The notes below the pieces were generated by a model. The model was given only the letters and a program-made list of their open reading frames with translations, searched no databases and was not told the DNA's origin. 64,000 nt of DNA, taken from a virus. The stretch spans positions 66,398 to 130,397 of IMG/VR virus record IMGVR_UViG_3300042261_001186. One strand, 5' to 3'. Of this stretch, positions 1-10,372 are shown in pieces (within the stretch, counting starts at the first letter, position 1; every line of letters starts with the position of its first letter). The position numbers were made by a program, and so were the translations under genes.

Positions 1-180
1 TTTATCTTTAGTATCAAAACAATCTAAATATGATATATCAAATGGTTTACCTTCAAGTGCTAATATTTCATCAGAAATATTAAGATTTAAACTTTTTAAA
101 ACCTTTTTTAATTTAGGTGAAATTATCAAAGGTGCCTCTGCCGCTTCAAATAAAAATTTGTTATAACTATTTATTTTCAT
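1..180 (-). CDS. 5' part of an SCM/GRALVW/DRIY-family paralog (runs off window)
   Basis: Manual translation MKINSYNKFLFEAAEAPLIISPKLKKVLKK...DISYLD matches the N-termini of the 420, 1498 and 2564 ORFs (FSPKL..IL, SYID). Confidence 0.75.
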   Translation of the reverse strand, partial: MKINSYNKFLFEAAEAPLIISPKLKKVLKSLNLNISDEILALEGKPFDISYLDCFDTKDK

Positions 181-198
181 TTCATCTTTATTTGTTTT

Positions 199-423
199 TT
201 ATTGCCATTCGATATTTTTGTCTTTATATATTTCTAGTTTTTGTAGTTCTTCAATTATTTTATTTGTGGCATCCCTTATAGATCCTGATAACATATGGGC
301 ATTACCATCCTCATCTGCATAAACATCAACATATGACAATATTATGTCATATATTTTAAGTCGTAAGTCATGTTCAGGAAAATCCCAATATGGTTCCAAT
401 TGTTCATTAAATTTGTCTATCAT
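199..423 (-). CDS. small hypothetical protein with C-terminal IEW tag
   Basis: Ends IYKDKNIEWQ; ATGA overlap with upstream ORF. Confidence 0.75.
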   Translation of the reverse strand: MIDKFNEQLEPYWDFPEHDLRLKIYDIILSYVDVYADEDGNAHMLSGSIRDATNKIIEELQKLEIYKDKNIEWQ

Positions 424-1481
424 TTGTTTGTACTTAATCTTTTAAATCCTCCTCCAATTTTTTGCAATTGTAGTCTTTCAAGGGGTTCACCTGTTTTTGG
501 ATTTAATGTTGGTTTACCTCTTGAAGATGATAATCTACCTGTATATGGTGTGTAATAACAAAGAGTATCCAAATAAGGATATTTAGGATATTCTCCAGCG
601 TGTTTCAATCTGGTTGTTATTGGTTTATCCATTATGACATCTTTAAACCAAAAAGTTGTACAATCTTTTGTTTGATGTGTTTTACAGAACCAGTTTTTTT
701 CTTTTGCATAATTAATGAAAATATTGACATCAGATTCTTTTGTATAGTAAATTCTATCCAAGAATGTTCCCTTTGTTGGGTTTTCTGGTTTATCAACTAC
801 ATAAACATCCATCCAAACTAAAGCTCTACCAACTAATAAATTATCTTTATTTAACATAACAAGCATTTTAACATTATCTGGGTTATTTACATATATGTCA
901 AAAAAATCTTGTTTTTCAGGTTGTTTCATACATGATTTCATAAGGACTGTTCTTATGTCAGCTTGACCTTCTGGTGGAGCATCTATAACACCTGGATTAG
1001 GATTAAAATAACTTTTTATATGATAATATTTCCTTATATCTTCACCATCCACCAAAACCATCCTATAGTTTCCTTGATCCAATGCTCCTTTGAAACTATT
1101 TCCAAATTTTTCAAGTTCACTTGTTCCAGCATAATGAGGTAATGTTCTAGCTACAAATCCACCTATTTTAATAGGTTGTCTACCATATTCACCCCAAGCT
1201 GGACTATCTGGACCAGGACTTACCAAATCTTTTTCACTAAGTCCTACAATTCTATTTAATCTATTAGCTGGTAAGTATGATAGAACATCTACATCTTTTG
1301 TTAAATCAATGTATGAAAATGCAAATTTATCATCTTCACTTTCAGTTAAACTTAGTAATTCTCTTGATATTGGTGAATTTATAGATTTCAAAATTTGAGT
1401 CAATTTAGGAGAAAAAAACATTTTCACTTCTTTGACGTTTATTTCGTTTTCAAATAAATAATCCTTATAATTTCTAACCAC
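420..1481 (-). CDS. uncharacterised phage protein, SCM/GRALVW/DRIY/YPYxDT family, capsid-targeting-like leader
   Basis: 353 aa; motifs SCM, FFDIY..NP, GRALVW, FLDRIY, YPYLDT; leader MVRNYKDYLFENE. Confidence 0.85.
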   Translation of the reverse strand: MVRNYKDYLFENEINVKEVKMFFSPKLTQILKSINSPISRELLSLTESEDDKFAFSYIDLTKDVDVLSYLPANRLNRIVGLSEKDLVSPGPDSPAWGEYGRQPIKIGGFVARTLPHYAGTSELEKFGNSFKGALDQGNYRMVLVDGEDIRKYYHIKSYFNPNPGVIDAPPEGQADIRTVLMKSCMKQPEKQDFFDIYVNNPDNVKMLVMLNKDNLLVGRALVWMDVYVVDKPENPTKGTFLDRIYYTKESDVNIFINYAKEKNWFCKTHQTKDCTTFWFKDVIMDKPITTRLKHAGEYPKYPYLDTLCYYTPYTGRLSSSRGKPTLNPKTGEPLERLQLQKIGGGFKRLSTNK

Positions 1482-1497
1482 AATTAATAATTATTTT

Positions 1498-2538
1498 TTA
1501 GTCTACTCTTCCATAACTACCATCAGTAGCTTCTAATTTCAATCTTCTTTTCCCAGGAACTGGATTACCAGCATCAGAACCAAGTCTTCCTGTGTCTGGA
1601 TTGTAATATTTCATTGTATCCATATAAGGATATCTATTGTATTCTCTAGGTGTTAGAGCTATAGCCATAGATTTTTTGACAACTTGTCCATCTTCTACAT
1701 ATCCTGGGTCTCTAGCACTTTGTTGATATTTATACAACCAACCTCTTTCCATAGCATATTTCTTGAATAATTCTTCATCAGATTGTTTGATTACATATAT
1801 TCTATCCATGAAAGTTTTGTCTGTTGGTTTTCTTAATCCTATCCAAACAAGAGCTCTTCCTAAGAGTTTTCCATTATTATCTAATAAAACTAATAAATTA
1901 CATTTATCAGGATTTCTAACATATATGTCAAAAAATGGTTGACAATGTGGATGCCTCATACATGAACCACCTAAACCACCACCAGCATTACCTTGTACAG
2001 CATAACTATTTTCAAGGTAGTATTTTCTAATGTCTTCACCTTTTACTAATTTAAAATTATCAAAAATGAACAATGCTGCAATTTCAGCTTGATAAGCGTT
2101 TCCGAATTTCTGTATTGCCATATCAGTGAAATCATCAAATAATTTAGTAACAAGTTTGTTAACAGCAAATGTTTGTCTACCACTGGCTTTCCAAACTGGT
2201 GAATCATCAGTTGGTTTTACATTAGCTTCTTCTTGAGTTTGAAAATTCATATTTCTCCAAGCTCTAGCTGCAGGCATAAAAGAAATTTCAGTGCCTTTAT
2301 TTCCATCTACAATATCCAAATAAGTAAAATCAAATAATTCATCATCTGATTTAGACAATTGTATAATCCTATTTATGACGGTTTTTGTTTGAAAATCACC
2401 TGTTTTCAACATTTTTGCGAAAATACCTAACAACCTAGATGAAATAAATAATTTCATCAATTTTTTTTCACCTTTTACAAAAGCAGGTTTACCTGACATA
2501 TCTGGCTCTAAATCTTCTTTTATATAATTTTTTCTCAT
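1498..2538 (-). CDS. SCM/GRALVW/DRIY-family paralog
   Basis: 346 aa; SCMR, FFDIYVRNPDK, GRALVW, FMDRIY, YPYMDT. Confidence 0.85.
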   Translation of the reverse strand: MRKNYIKEDLEPDMSGKPAFVKGEKKLMKLFISSRLLGIFAKMLKTGDFQTKTVINRIIQLSKSDDELFDFTYLDIVDGNKGTEISFMPAARAWRNMNFQTQEEANVKPTDDSPVWKASGRQTFAVNKLVTKLFDDFTDMAIQKFGNAYQAEIAALFIFDNFKLVKGEDIRKYYLENSYAVQGNAGGGLGGSCMRHPHCQPFFDIYVRNPDKCNLLVLLDNNGKLLGRALVWIGLRKPTDKTFMDRIYVIKQSDEELFKKYAMERGWLYKYQQSARDPGYVEDGQVVKKSMAIALTPREYNRYPYMDTMKYYNPDTGRLGSDAGNPVPGKRRLKLEATDGSYGRVD

Positions 2539-2563
2539 TTTTTATATATGTTAATTTTTATTT

Positions 2564-3541
2564 TTAATCAATATTTCCATGTCCACCATCTTGATGCCTC
2601 AAATTATATCTTCTAAATGTCCTTGAAGGGTTGTTTGGGTCCCTTGCTGGATTTCCTGCAGTTGATGATAATCTACCAGTTGCTGGAGTATAATATTGCA
2701 TTGTGTCCATATAAGGATATAATGCATGATCAACAGGTTTTACTCTAGTTGTCACAGATGTTGTTTTTCTTTGTCCGTTTAACATAAATGAATCACTTTC
2801 TTTATATAACCAACCGTTTTCAATAGCATATTTTTTAAATAATGGTGGTATAACAGATTGTTTTCCAGATGCTGGATAAACTCTATCCATTAACCAATAA
2901 GGTTCTTTATCTTCTTTTGTATCACCACTAGGTTTTATTAAATTATTCCAAACTAAACATCTACCATAAGCTCTATCTCCACTTTCATCTAAATATACTA
3001 AAAGTCCGCATTTTTCTGGGTTTTTTGTATAAATATCAAAGAATTTTTGACATTTGTCATATCTCATACATGAACCCATTTCACCATTATATTTTTTCTC
3101 ATGATACCAAATTCTAACATCATCACCTCTCATTAATTGGAATCTTTCATCTCCCTTATCATCTAATTGTGGACGATATCTATCATAGAAAGCATCAATG
3201 TCAACATTTGTAAATTTACCAGGAAATAATTTATTAATCATTTTTCCCCAGTTTCCACTATTTCTAAGTGATGTAGTCCAATATTCAGCAGGTGTACATC
3301 TTTTAGATCTATCTGTTGATAATGCTGATACACTTTTGCTGTCATCTTTTACAATATCTAACCAAGAAACATCACTCAAACTTTCACCTTCTGATTTCAG
3401 TAATTCTTTCGCAACTGATGTTGTATCTATTTTTTTGAGAATAGTTTTTAATTTTGGCGAAAAAACAAGAGGACTTGTTTCTCTAACAATTTCTCCCTCA
3501 TTTAAGAAACTATCAAAACCTATAATATAGTCTTTTTTCAT
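2564..3541 (-). CDS. SCM/GRALVW/DRIY-family paralog
   Basis: 325 aa; same motifs; leader FDSFLNE. Confidence 0.85.
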   Translation of the reverse strand: MKKDYIIGFDSFLNEGEIVRETSPLVFSPKLKTILKKIDTTSVAKELLKSEGESLSDVSWLDIVKDDSKSVSALSTDRSKRCTPAEYWTTSLRNSGNWGKMINKLFPGKFTNVDIDAFYDRYRPQLDDKGDERFQLMRGDDVRIWYHEKKYNGEMGSCMRYDKCQKFFDIYTKNPEKCGLLVYLDESGDRAYGRCLVWNNLIKPSGDTKEDKEPYWLMDRVYPASGKQSVIPPLFKKYAIENGWLYKESDSFMLNGQRKTTSVTTRVKPVDHALYPYMDTMQYYTPATGRLSSTAGNPARDPNNPSRTFRRYNLRHQDGGHGNID

Positions 3542-3612
3542 AAAATGCTAATTTAGTTTTTTTTATTTATATATTATATTTTTTTTTTCATTTTTTTACT
3601 TTTATATTGCTT

Positions 3613-4677
3613 TTAAGTAAATATCAAATTGAAATTGATCGTTTGATTGAAATATGTTGAAAAAGTGTATTTTATTATATTGTAATTATATGACCAATCA
3701 CTATCTAGACCAACAGATGTTACAACTTCAGATGATACCCAATCAATAAGATTAAGTTCTGGGTCATTACCTACTATTATTTTTCCATTTGTTCCATAAT
3801 TTGTTGGGGTTATGGCTGGATAACCCAAATATAAATATTTTAAAATGGATGTTGGTCTCATTGTAAATGTTTGATTGGCTTTTCCTTTTATTAATTTACC
3901 ATTTGTAAGTGATGTAGTTTGTGATGCATTTGTATAAAATTGACCATTTAAAAAAGATGATTGAGTTTGTTGAGGACTATATTGACTTAATATCCACAAA
4001 TAAGGGAAATATGCATTTATTGATGTTGATGCTGTTATAGGACCCATACTACAATAATATTTAGCTGTTTCTGTCAAAGTCCAAGAACTTTGTTCATAAT
4101 CCAACGGTTTAAATTCTATTACTGGTGGTGGTTTTCCATTTAAAGTATCATAAGTTAACATATAAGGTTGTGTGTTCCAAGTACTTATAATATTATTATT
4201 TCCTGGATTATAAGGTGGTACACTTGTTTGTATTATGTCTAAATTACTAAAAGAAGTTTCTTCATTTATAGTTGTTTCTCCAGTGACATTGAAACCAGAT
4301 GGTTTTGAACCTATTTCAAATTCATTTTGAACTACTCCATCTTTTAATATGTAACATGTTATTGTTGCACCAGATAATTCCCTAATAGGTCCTACATCTT
4401 TTATCAAAGTTTCATCTGAATCTTTAACCCCAACTTCATTTATTGCATATGCCCTAAATCTATATGTTTTTCCTATTGTTAATCCTGTAACAGTGTCAGT
4501 AAAAATATGTGTTATTGGATTAATTGTACTAACAGGCCATATAGAAGATCCAGCTATATAATATCCAGGTTTTTCTGTACCATTAATATATTCTCTATAT
4601 GTGAAACCAAATTCCAAAAGATTTGCATATCCACCATAATCATCCACTTTTCCTGTTACTGTTGTAGTAATTATCAT
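3613..4677 (-). CDS. putative virion structural protein with FN3-like domain
   Basis: GLTIGKTYRFRAYAINEVG is an FN3-like signature; Thr/Ser rich. Confidence 0.6.
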   Translation of the reverse strand: MIITTTVTGKVDDYGGYANLLEFGFTYREYINGTEKPGYYIAGSSIWPVSTINPITHIFTDTVTGLTIGKTYRFRAYAINEVGVKDSDETLIKDVGPIRELSGATITCYILKDGVVQNEFEIGSKPSGFNVTGETTINEETSFSNLDIIQTSVPPYNPGNNNIISTWNTQPYMLTYDTLNGKPPPVIEFKPLDYEQSSWTLTETAKYYCSMGPITASTSINAYFPYLWILSQYSPQQTQSSFLNGQFYTNASQTTSLTNGKLIKGKANQTFTMRPTSILKYLYLGYPAITPTNYGTNGKIIVGNDPELNLIDWVSSEVVTSVGLDSDWSYNYNIIKYTFSTYFNQTINFNLIFT

Positions 4678-4693
4678 TTATTTTTAATTTTTT

Positions 4694-6802
4694 TTAAGGA
4701 TTTGTTGCACTAATCATAGTCACTGTTGGTAATTTTTTAGTTGTGAAAGTTATAACATTTAGATTTGTTATAGTTTTACCATAACCATATCCAGCTGAAT
4801 TCAATGCATATGCTCTTGAATAATATGTTGTTCCACTTATCAATGAAGTCATATCAACACTAAATAACCCCGTTTGAACAGGTATGGATGCTGAAGAGTC
4901 AACACCAACAGTTGGTAATGTATTAGTTGAAGACCAACAATAACCAATATCTGTTATTATACTATTACCATTGTATGTAACATATCCATATCCAACTGCT
5001 TTTATATTTGTTATAGAACTATCTGGGACAGAATCATTAATTAATATTGGTAGAACAGCTGCAGAAGTAGCAGGAGTTGTAAATGGTTTTGGTGGTGAAC
5101 CTATACCTTCACCTACTGAATTTGTTGCAAAAGCATAATAATTATATGTTGTATTTGCTGATAATGCACCTATAATATTTTGACTAAAAAATGTACCATT
5201 ACTAAGTATAGGAAGTGTCATAGGTGGTAATTGAGTATATAAAGGATTTGTTGATAATTTATAATAAAAACCATAACTTAATATTTGTTGACCATTATTG
5301 TTTTCTAAGAAACCATCTAAGGTTGCTGAATCTGAAGTTGTTGTTGCAGTATATGTTAAAACTTTTGGTAATCCAGGAATAATTGTTTGAGATGTTGTGA
5401 AACTATATAATTCACCATAAGTCATTCCAGTTTTATTAGATACAAATGATTTATAATTATATGTTGTATTTTGAGTTAATCCATTTATTTTAATAGAAAA
5501 AGGACCCATTGTTCCACCATCTGTAACAATTATGGTTGTAGGGTCTCCTATTGTTGGATTAATTGGAGAACCTGCATAACAAAATCCTCTACTTAATATC
5601 ATTCCACCTCCATTATTTGTTACTCTACCATTACCATAAACACTATTTTCTGTGATTGTTGTTGCACTATATGTGACAACTGTTGGTAAATTAACAACAT
5701 TTGATATAGACAATGGTAATAAACTTCCTTCAACTGTATTTACTGACATATAACCATTTTCAAAAACACCATCAAGCCATAGACCATCATAAAAATGACC
5801 ATTTTTGAATGTACCATTTATCCATAAACCATTGTACCATTTTCCATTATTCCAGATACAATTTGTATAATATGTAGAACCTATAGTAGAACCAAAAACA
5901 CCACCATACCATTCACCATTATTAAAATTACCTTTATTAAAATGTCCACCATACCATTTCCCACCATTAAAATTTCCTTTAGTCCATTGTGATAAATTAT
6001 CATTTAAGCTTGGATATGTATTTCCACTAGAATCCATGTTTAGGCCAGAATGAAATTCACCATTAGAAAAAGTTCCACCTAACCAATTTGATTTATAGGT
6101 TGTACCAGTATAAGTCCCAAATCTACTTTTTATATCATTATTTGTTTGATCAAAATATCCAGCATACCAATCACCAACAATAAAATCACCACCATACCAA
6201 TAACCATTGAACCAAGCATATCTTGAAAAAGTACCATTATAGAATTTACCATCACACCAATAAGAATTCTCTATATTACCATTATAAAAGACACCATTAA
6301 GCCAAATAGAATTTTTAAATAATCCATTATGGAATTTGCCATCATAAAAATATGCACAATTTATAGTTTTACTTAAAATAGTATTTTTATCTAAAAATGA
6401 TGTGAAAGTAGAATCTCTATCTCCACTAAATGTACCATTATAGAAATCACCTTGATACCATTTACCATTTCTGAATTCTGAATATTTTTTGTCTTCTTCT
6501 AATATTACAAATTTTTTTGACATTACCATTACTAAATCAAGTAAATAAGAATAGAATTTACCATTTTTCCAAAACCCATCATGCCATATTCCTGAATACC
6601 AAGTACCATTTTCCCATTCACCACATATCCATTCACCAGAATACCAAACTAATCCATAAGAATCTTCACCTATTATACAATTCTTAACACTAGCATTCAA
6701 GAACCAATTGTATTTTATTTTCAATTTTTCTATTGTTAAATCATCTGTCAATAAAATATTATTGAGATTTTCTGAAGTATCTGCTATTTTAACTTTAAAC
6801 AC
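4694..6802 (-). CDS. putative virion protein: G-x-W/F pentapeptide repeats plus three FN3-like domains
   Basis: Long W/F-x-x-G-x repeat tract, then three repeats ending TTYxYxA(F/Y)AxNxxGxxYG. Confidence 0.7.
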   Translation of the reverse strand: MFKVKIADTSENLNNILLTDDLTIEKLKIKYNWFLNASVKNCIIGEDSYGLVWYSGEWICGEWENGTWYSGIWHDGFWKNGKFYSYLLDLVMVMSKKFVILEEDKKYSEFRNGKWYQGDFYNGTFSGDRDSTFTSFLDKNTILSKTINCAYFYDGKFHNGLFKNSIWLNGVFYNGNIENSYWCDGKFYNGTFSRYAWFNGYWYGGDFIVGDWYAGYFDQTNNDIKSRFGTYTGTTYKSNWLGGTFSNGEFHSGLNMDSSGNTYPSLNDNLSQWTKGNFNGGKWYGGHFNKGNFNNGEWYGGVFGSTIGSTYYTNCIWNNGKWYNGLWINGTFKNGHFYDGLWLDGVFENGYMSVNTVEGSLLPLSISNVVNLPTVVTYSATTITENSVYGNGRVTNNGGGMILSRGFCYAGSPINPTIGDPTTIIVTDGGTMGPFSIKINGLTQNTTYNYKSFVSNKTGMTYGELYSFTTSQTIIPGLPKVLTYTATTTSDSATLDGFLENNNGQQILSYGFYYKLSTNPLYTQLPPMTLPILSNGTFFSQNIIGALSANTTYNYYAFATNSVGEGIGSPPKPFTTPATSAAVLPILINDSVPDSSITNIKAVGYGYVTYNGNSIITDIGYCWSSTNTLPTVGVDSSASIPVQTGLFSVDMTSLISGTTYYSRAYALNSAGYGYGKTITNLNVITFTTKKLPTVTMISATNP

Positions 6803-6822
6803 TCTTTAAGTATTATTTTTTA

Positions 6823-7503
6823 TTATATATTATAGTTTAACAACCACCTTTTATTTGATGAAATCAAATCATTTCTTGAATATAAAGAATATACTGAAGG
6901 TTTTCCATTATTAACGCCTGATATATTTATTGTACCATCAGTTGTCATAAATGTATCTGCAATAATGAAAACATTATCTATTTCTGAATTAGATAAATAA
7001 TTATTATATAAATTGATATTTTCCAAATAAATAAGTTTTTCTATATTTATAGTTGTTAATAAACTATTTGGAATTGCAAATTCTTTTAAATATTTTAAAT
7101 TACTTATTGATGCTGACATAACACCACCAGTTGTACCAGATGGTGAAACATAAAAACGTTCTATTTTATTTAAATCACCAAATATCCTAATATCAAAAAT
7201 ATCAGTAGTTGAGTATATGTGTTGATATATAAAAGGTAATGAAATAGTATGTTGTTCTGTTGTACCATCCCCAAAATCAAAAGTGAGACTAGTTGGAAAA
7301 GTAGGTGCAGATAATTCAATCAACAATGTTGAATTACTATAATTAGAATTGAATTGTATATAAAAAGAATCTATTGGTATACCATTATCATTGTCATATT
7401 CTGAAGTTACATTATCATTTAATATAGGTATAGGTATCTTTGTTAATTTATCTATCCCTATATCTAATAACTCTATTGGTTTTAATGTTAATTTAGAATC
7501 CAT
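6823..7503 (-). CDS. PKD-like plus LRR-like protein
   Basis: FDFGDGT (PKD) and LxxLxxINLYNNYL (LRR). Confidence 0.55.
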   Translation of the reverse strand: MDSKLTLKPIELLDIGIDKLTKIPIPILNDNVTSEYDNDNGIPIDSFYIQFNSNYSNSTLLIELSAPTFPTSLTFDFGDGTTEQHTISLPFIYQHIYSTTDIFDIRIFGDLNKIERFYVSPSGTTGGVMSASISNLKYLKEFAIPNSLLTTINIEKLIYLENINLYNNYLSNSEIDNVFIIADTFMTTDGTINISGVNNGKPSVYSLYSRNDLISSNKRWLLNYNI

Positions 7504-7506
7504 GTT

Positions 7507-7845
7507 TTATTTTTTTCTTTTAGATATTTTTGAAATTTTATTATTCAATTCCTCTTTTGTACAATTTTCTAATCCAATTGGTCTTTCTGTTTCATCACAA
7601 TACATTTGAATATAATCATTATTGAATTCAACTATACTAATATTTAATTCATTTCCTTCAGAATCATATGTTCTGAAATCAAAATTTCTTTGAATATTAT
7701 TAAAATCAATATGTTTAATTTCTATATCATTCATACCTTTTAATAAAGTTAAATAATCTTCAATTCCATGAAAATTCCAATTTTCTTCCCCTAAAGGATC
7801 AACATCTGAGTAATCTGTTTCAAACAATTTAAATTTAGTTATCAT
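7507..7845 (-). CDS. leader + DP-tag small protein
   Basis: MITKFKLFE then DVDPLGEENW. Confidence 0.75.
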   Translation of the reverse strand: MITKFKLFETDYSDVDPLGEENWNFHGIEDYLTLLKGMNDIEIKHIDFNNIQRNFDFRTYDSEGNELNISIVEFNNDYIQMYCDETERPIGLENCTKEELNNKISKISKRKK

Positions 7846-7860
7846 TTATGAGAATTTTAT

Positions 7861-7871
7861 TTTAATATATA
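7861..7871 (+). promoter_or_regulatory. putative phage late promoter TTTAATATATA
   Basis: Same 11-mer sits upstream of genes at 16376(-), 24139, 29479(-), 31327(-), 36758, 46097, 48806, 56834, 57786, 58552, 60190. Confidence 0.55.
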
Positions 7872-7894
7872 TATAAAAATAAAAAAGACAAACT

Positions 7895-8506
7895 ATGAAA
7901 CTTTTTGAAGAATTTATACAAGCTGATTATGAGATGGACAGAATTGTCAAACAACTTATTGAAAGAATAAATTATTGGTTTAAAGATGGTTCTTTCTCTT
8001 TAAGTTCATCACCTGTTGATATAACTAAAAGTTCTACACCAAATGCTTCAAAAAGAGCAATCATAACTAATTTTGCAGATGCAGAATTCTATTACCAACT
8101 AATCATAAAAATATACATAGAAGATTTGGAAAATTGTGATGTTATACTGAAAAAATATGATCCAAATAAAATAGATGAACCAAATGGTGGCGAACCAATA
8201 TCACAAATAGATTTGACAAATGATAAACAAGTAAAAATTAATGAAGTTAAAGAAGATTTTATTATAAAGAAAATATCTGAATTGGATGATAAAAAAGAAA
8301 ATCCAGATGAAAATAAAATAGAAACACCTAAAGAAAAAGAAGAAAAACCTGCACAAGGACAACAACCACCAGCTCAAGGTGGAATGCCTCCAGGTTCTAT
8401 GCCACCTCCTGCTCCTGGTGCACAAATGGGTGGAATGCCACCTGCTCAAGGTATGGCTCCTCCAGCACAAATGGGCGGAGCACCTGGTATGCAGACCCAA
8501 ATGTAA
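7895..8506 (+). CDS. hypothetical protein with Pro/Gln/Gly/Met-rich tail
   Basis: Leader MKLFEEFI; C-terminal PPAQ(M)GG repeats. Confidence 0.75.
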   Translation: MKLFEEFIQADYEMDRIVKQLIERINYWFKDGSFSLSSSPVDITKSSTPNASKRAIITNFADAEFYYQLIIKIYIEDLENCDVILKKYDPNKIDEPNGGEPISQIDLTNDKQVKINEVKEDFIIKKISELDDKKENPDENKIETPKEKEEKPAQGQQPPAQGGMPPGSMPPPAPGAQMGGMPPAQGMAPPAQMGGAPGMQTQM

Positions 8507-8531
8507 TTTATATATAAGATAAAAAACATAA

Positions 8532-9017
8532 ATGGAAATTGTAACATCAAGTAATATGATAAGAAGATTTAGAGGAATAAAAGAATTCCAAATGAATCTT
8601 GGATTATCCAAAACAACTGAAATAAATAAAGAAGGTACAAAAAGTGGTCAACAGATAATAATAAAGATTAAAGATCCATTTGTTAAAAGATATCTTATGT
8701 TAACTGGAAATTATTTAGTAAAAAGTGGAAATATAGGTTCTTTGAATTTCTATATGGATAATTCTGTTGGTTATAATAATTTCCTTATATATGATAAGGA
8801 TAAAGAATATAAATTTGATTTTAAGGATACTGGAGATATTAGAAGTTATTTATCAGATATATTAGATAAAATACTTAATAATGAATTAACACCAACCAAT
8901 TTGGAAATGAATATGGAAGAAGAAATAGAATTCAGATTGGATAAGAATTTACCACAAAGAGAATTTTTGGAAAAACAAAAGGAAATGCAAGAGGAAATGG
9001 CAAGAATGAAAATTTAA
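8532..9017 (+). CDS. hypothetical protein
   Basis: 161 aa ORF in operon. Confidence 0.7.
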   Translation: MEIVTSSNMIRRFRGIKEFQMNLGLSKTTEINKEGTKSGQQIIIKIKDPFVKRYLMLTGNYLVKSGNIGSLNFYMDNSVGYNNFLIYDKDKEYKFDFKDTGDIRSYLSDILDKILNNELTPTNLEMNMEEEIEFRLDKNLPQREFLEKQKEMQEEMARMKI

Positions 9018-9034
9018 AAAATAAACAAAAAATT

Positions 9035-9742
9035 ATGGAAAAAATATTATTAGAAGATATAGTTCAAGTAGATTTCCCTGAAAATCAATATTATAGGGAA
9101 GAAACAAATAAAAAACAAATTGTACTACATCATACCGTTTCTGGTGGAAAAGCTGATGGAACAATAAGTTGGTGGAATCAAGATTCTCAAAAAATAGCAA
9201 CTCAATTTATAGTTGATGCTAGTGGTGTTGTATACCAATTATATTCATCTAAATTTTGGGCACATCATTTAGGTATTAAAGCAGATTTTATAAAAAAATA
9301 TGGTTTTACAGATTATGGTAACAGAAATACTCTTTTAAATAAAGAATCCATAGGTATAGAAATTTGCAGATGGGGTGGACTTTTAAAAGATTCTAATGGT
9401 TATCACCCAACATATTGGGATGCTGCTTTGAAAAAAGAAGTTTGTCAAACCAAAATAACAATACCTAATGAAAACGTTCAAGTTTTTGATAAACCTTTTA
9501 GAGGATATTATGCATTTGAAAAATATACACCAGAACAAATTGAATCTGTTGGAAAATTAGTTACTTACTTAGGTGAAAAATGGGGTATTCCACTTGATTA
9601 CAATTCTGATATGTGGGATGTTAATAAAAATTCTTTAGGTAGTGTACCTGGTATTTGGACTCATGTAAGTTATAGAGCTGATAAATCAGATTTAATGCCA
9701 CAACCTGAAATGATTGAAATGTTACAGAATTTAACGGTTTAA
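9035..9742 (+). CDS. N-acetylmuramoyl-L-alanine amidase (Amidase_2), probable endolysin
   Basis: IVLHHT, WAHHLG, SIGIE, THVSYRADKSD zinc-amidase motifs. Confidence 0.85.
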   Translation: MEKILLEDIVQVDFPENQYYREETNKKQIVLHHTVSGGKADGTISWWNQDSQKIATQFIVDASGVVYQLYSSKFWAHHLGIKADFIKKYGFTDYGNRNTLLNKESIGIEICRWGGLLKDSNGYHPTYWDAALKKEVCQTKITIPNENVQVFDKPFRGYYAFEKYTPEQIESVGKLVTYLGEKWGIPLDYNSDMWDVNKNSLGSVPGIWTHVSYRADKSDLMPQPEMIEMLQNLTV

Positions 9743-10303
9743 TTTTTCAGTGTATGCTGATAGTTCATCATCTATATTAATCATTAAATCTTTATCATCT
9801 CTGACGGTGTATTTGTCTATTTCTCTACTATCATATCTGACTACTACCATATATTTTGGTGCTCCAACTTTTCTTCCAACTGGTGGGAATTGCCCAGGGT
9901 ACAGCATTTCTATTTCCATATAAGATTTACCAAATGTTATTCCCATAAAATTATCACTGACATAAAGTTCTACTTCAAATTCACATTTTTCTACATAATC
10001 TTTAACATTTTTTAAAAAAAGATCGTTGAATTTATTATCTTCGAAGATAATGTAGTCTTTCTTGTAACCTGCAGGGTTTATCATTTTCATAATAGTTGGT
10101 CTATTTGTATCATAGAACACAAAAAAACCACCACTTGTATATTTTGTAGTGTATTGTAAGAGACCTATTTCATACATTTTATTGAAGAGACCCCTATCTA
10201 TAAATAATGCCTCACCACTAGGCACACCAATAATATAGATTTTGCTATTATCATTAACAAAATCATAATTTTCCTTTATGTATTTTTTCCTTCTTTTCAA
10301 CAT
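9731..10303 (-). CDS. hypothetical protein
   Basis: IYIIGVPSGEALF shared with 61176 ORF (IYIVGFPSGEIIF). Confidence 0.65.
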   Translation of the reverse strand: MLKRRKKYIKENYDFVNDNSKIYIIGVPSGEALFIDRGLFNKMYEIGLLQYTTKYTSGGFFVFYDTNRPTIMKMINPAGYKKDYIIFEDNKFNDLFLKNVKDYVEKCEFEVELYVSDNFMGITFGKSYMEIEMLYPGQFPPVGRKVGAPKYMVVVRYDSREIDKYTVRDDKDLMINIDDELSAYTEKLNR

Positions 10304-10372
10304 GCAAATATATATAAAATTTTTAAAACATAAAAATACAAAACATAATTTCTTTTTTTTCGTATAAGTTTC

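Noticed and set aside
8201-8611. Antisense ORF and similar short opposite-strand ORFs throughout
   Set aside because: Shadows of real genes with F/I/L/S-biased composition and no motifs
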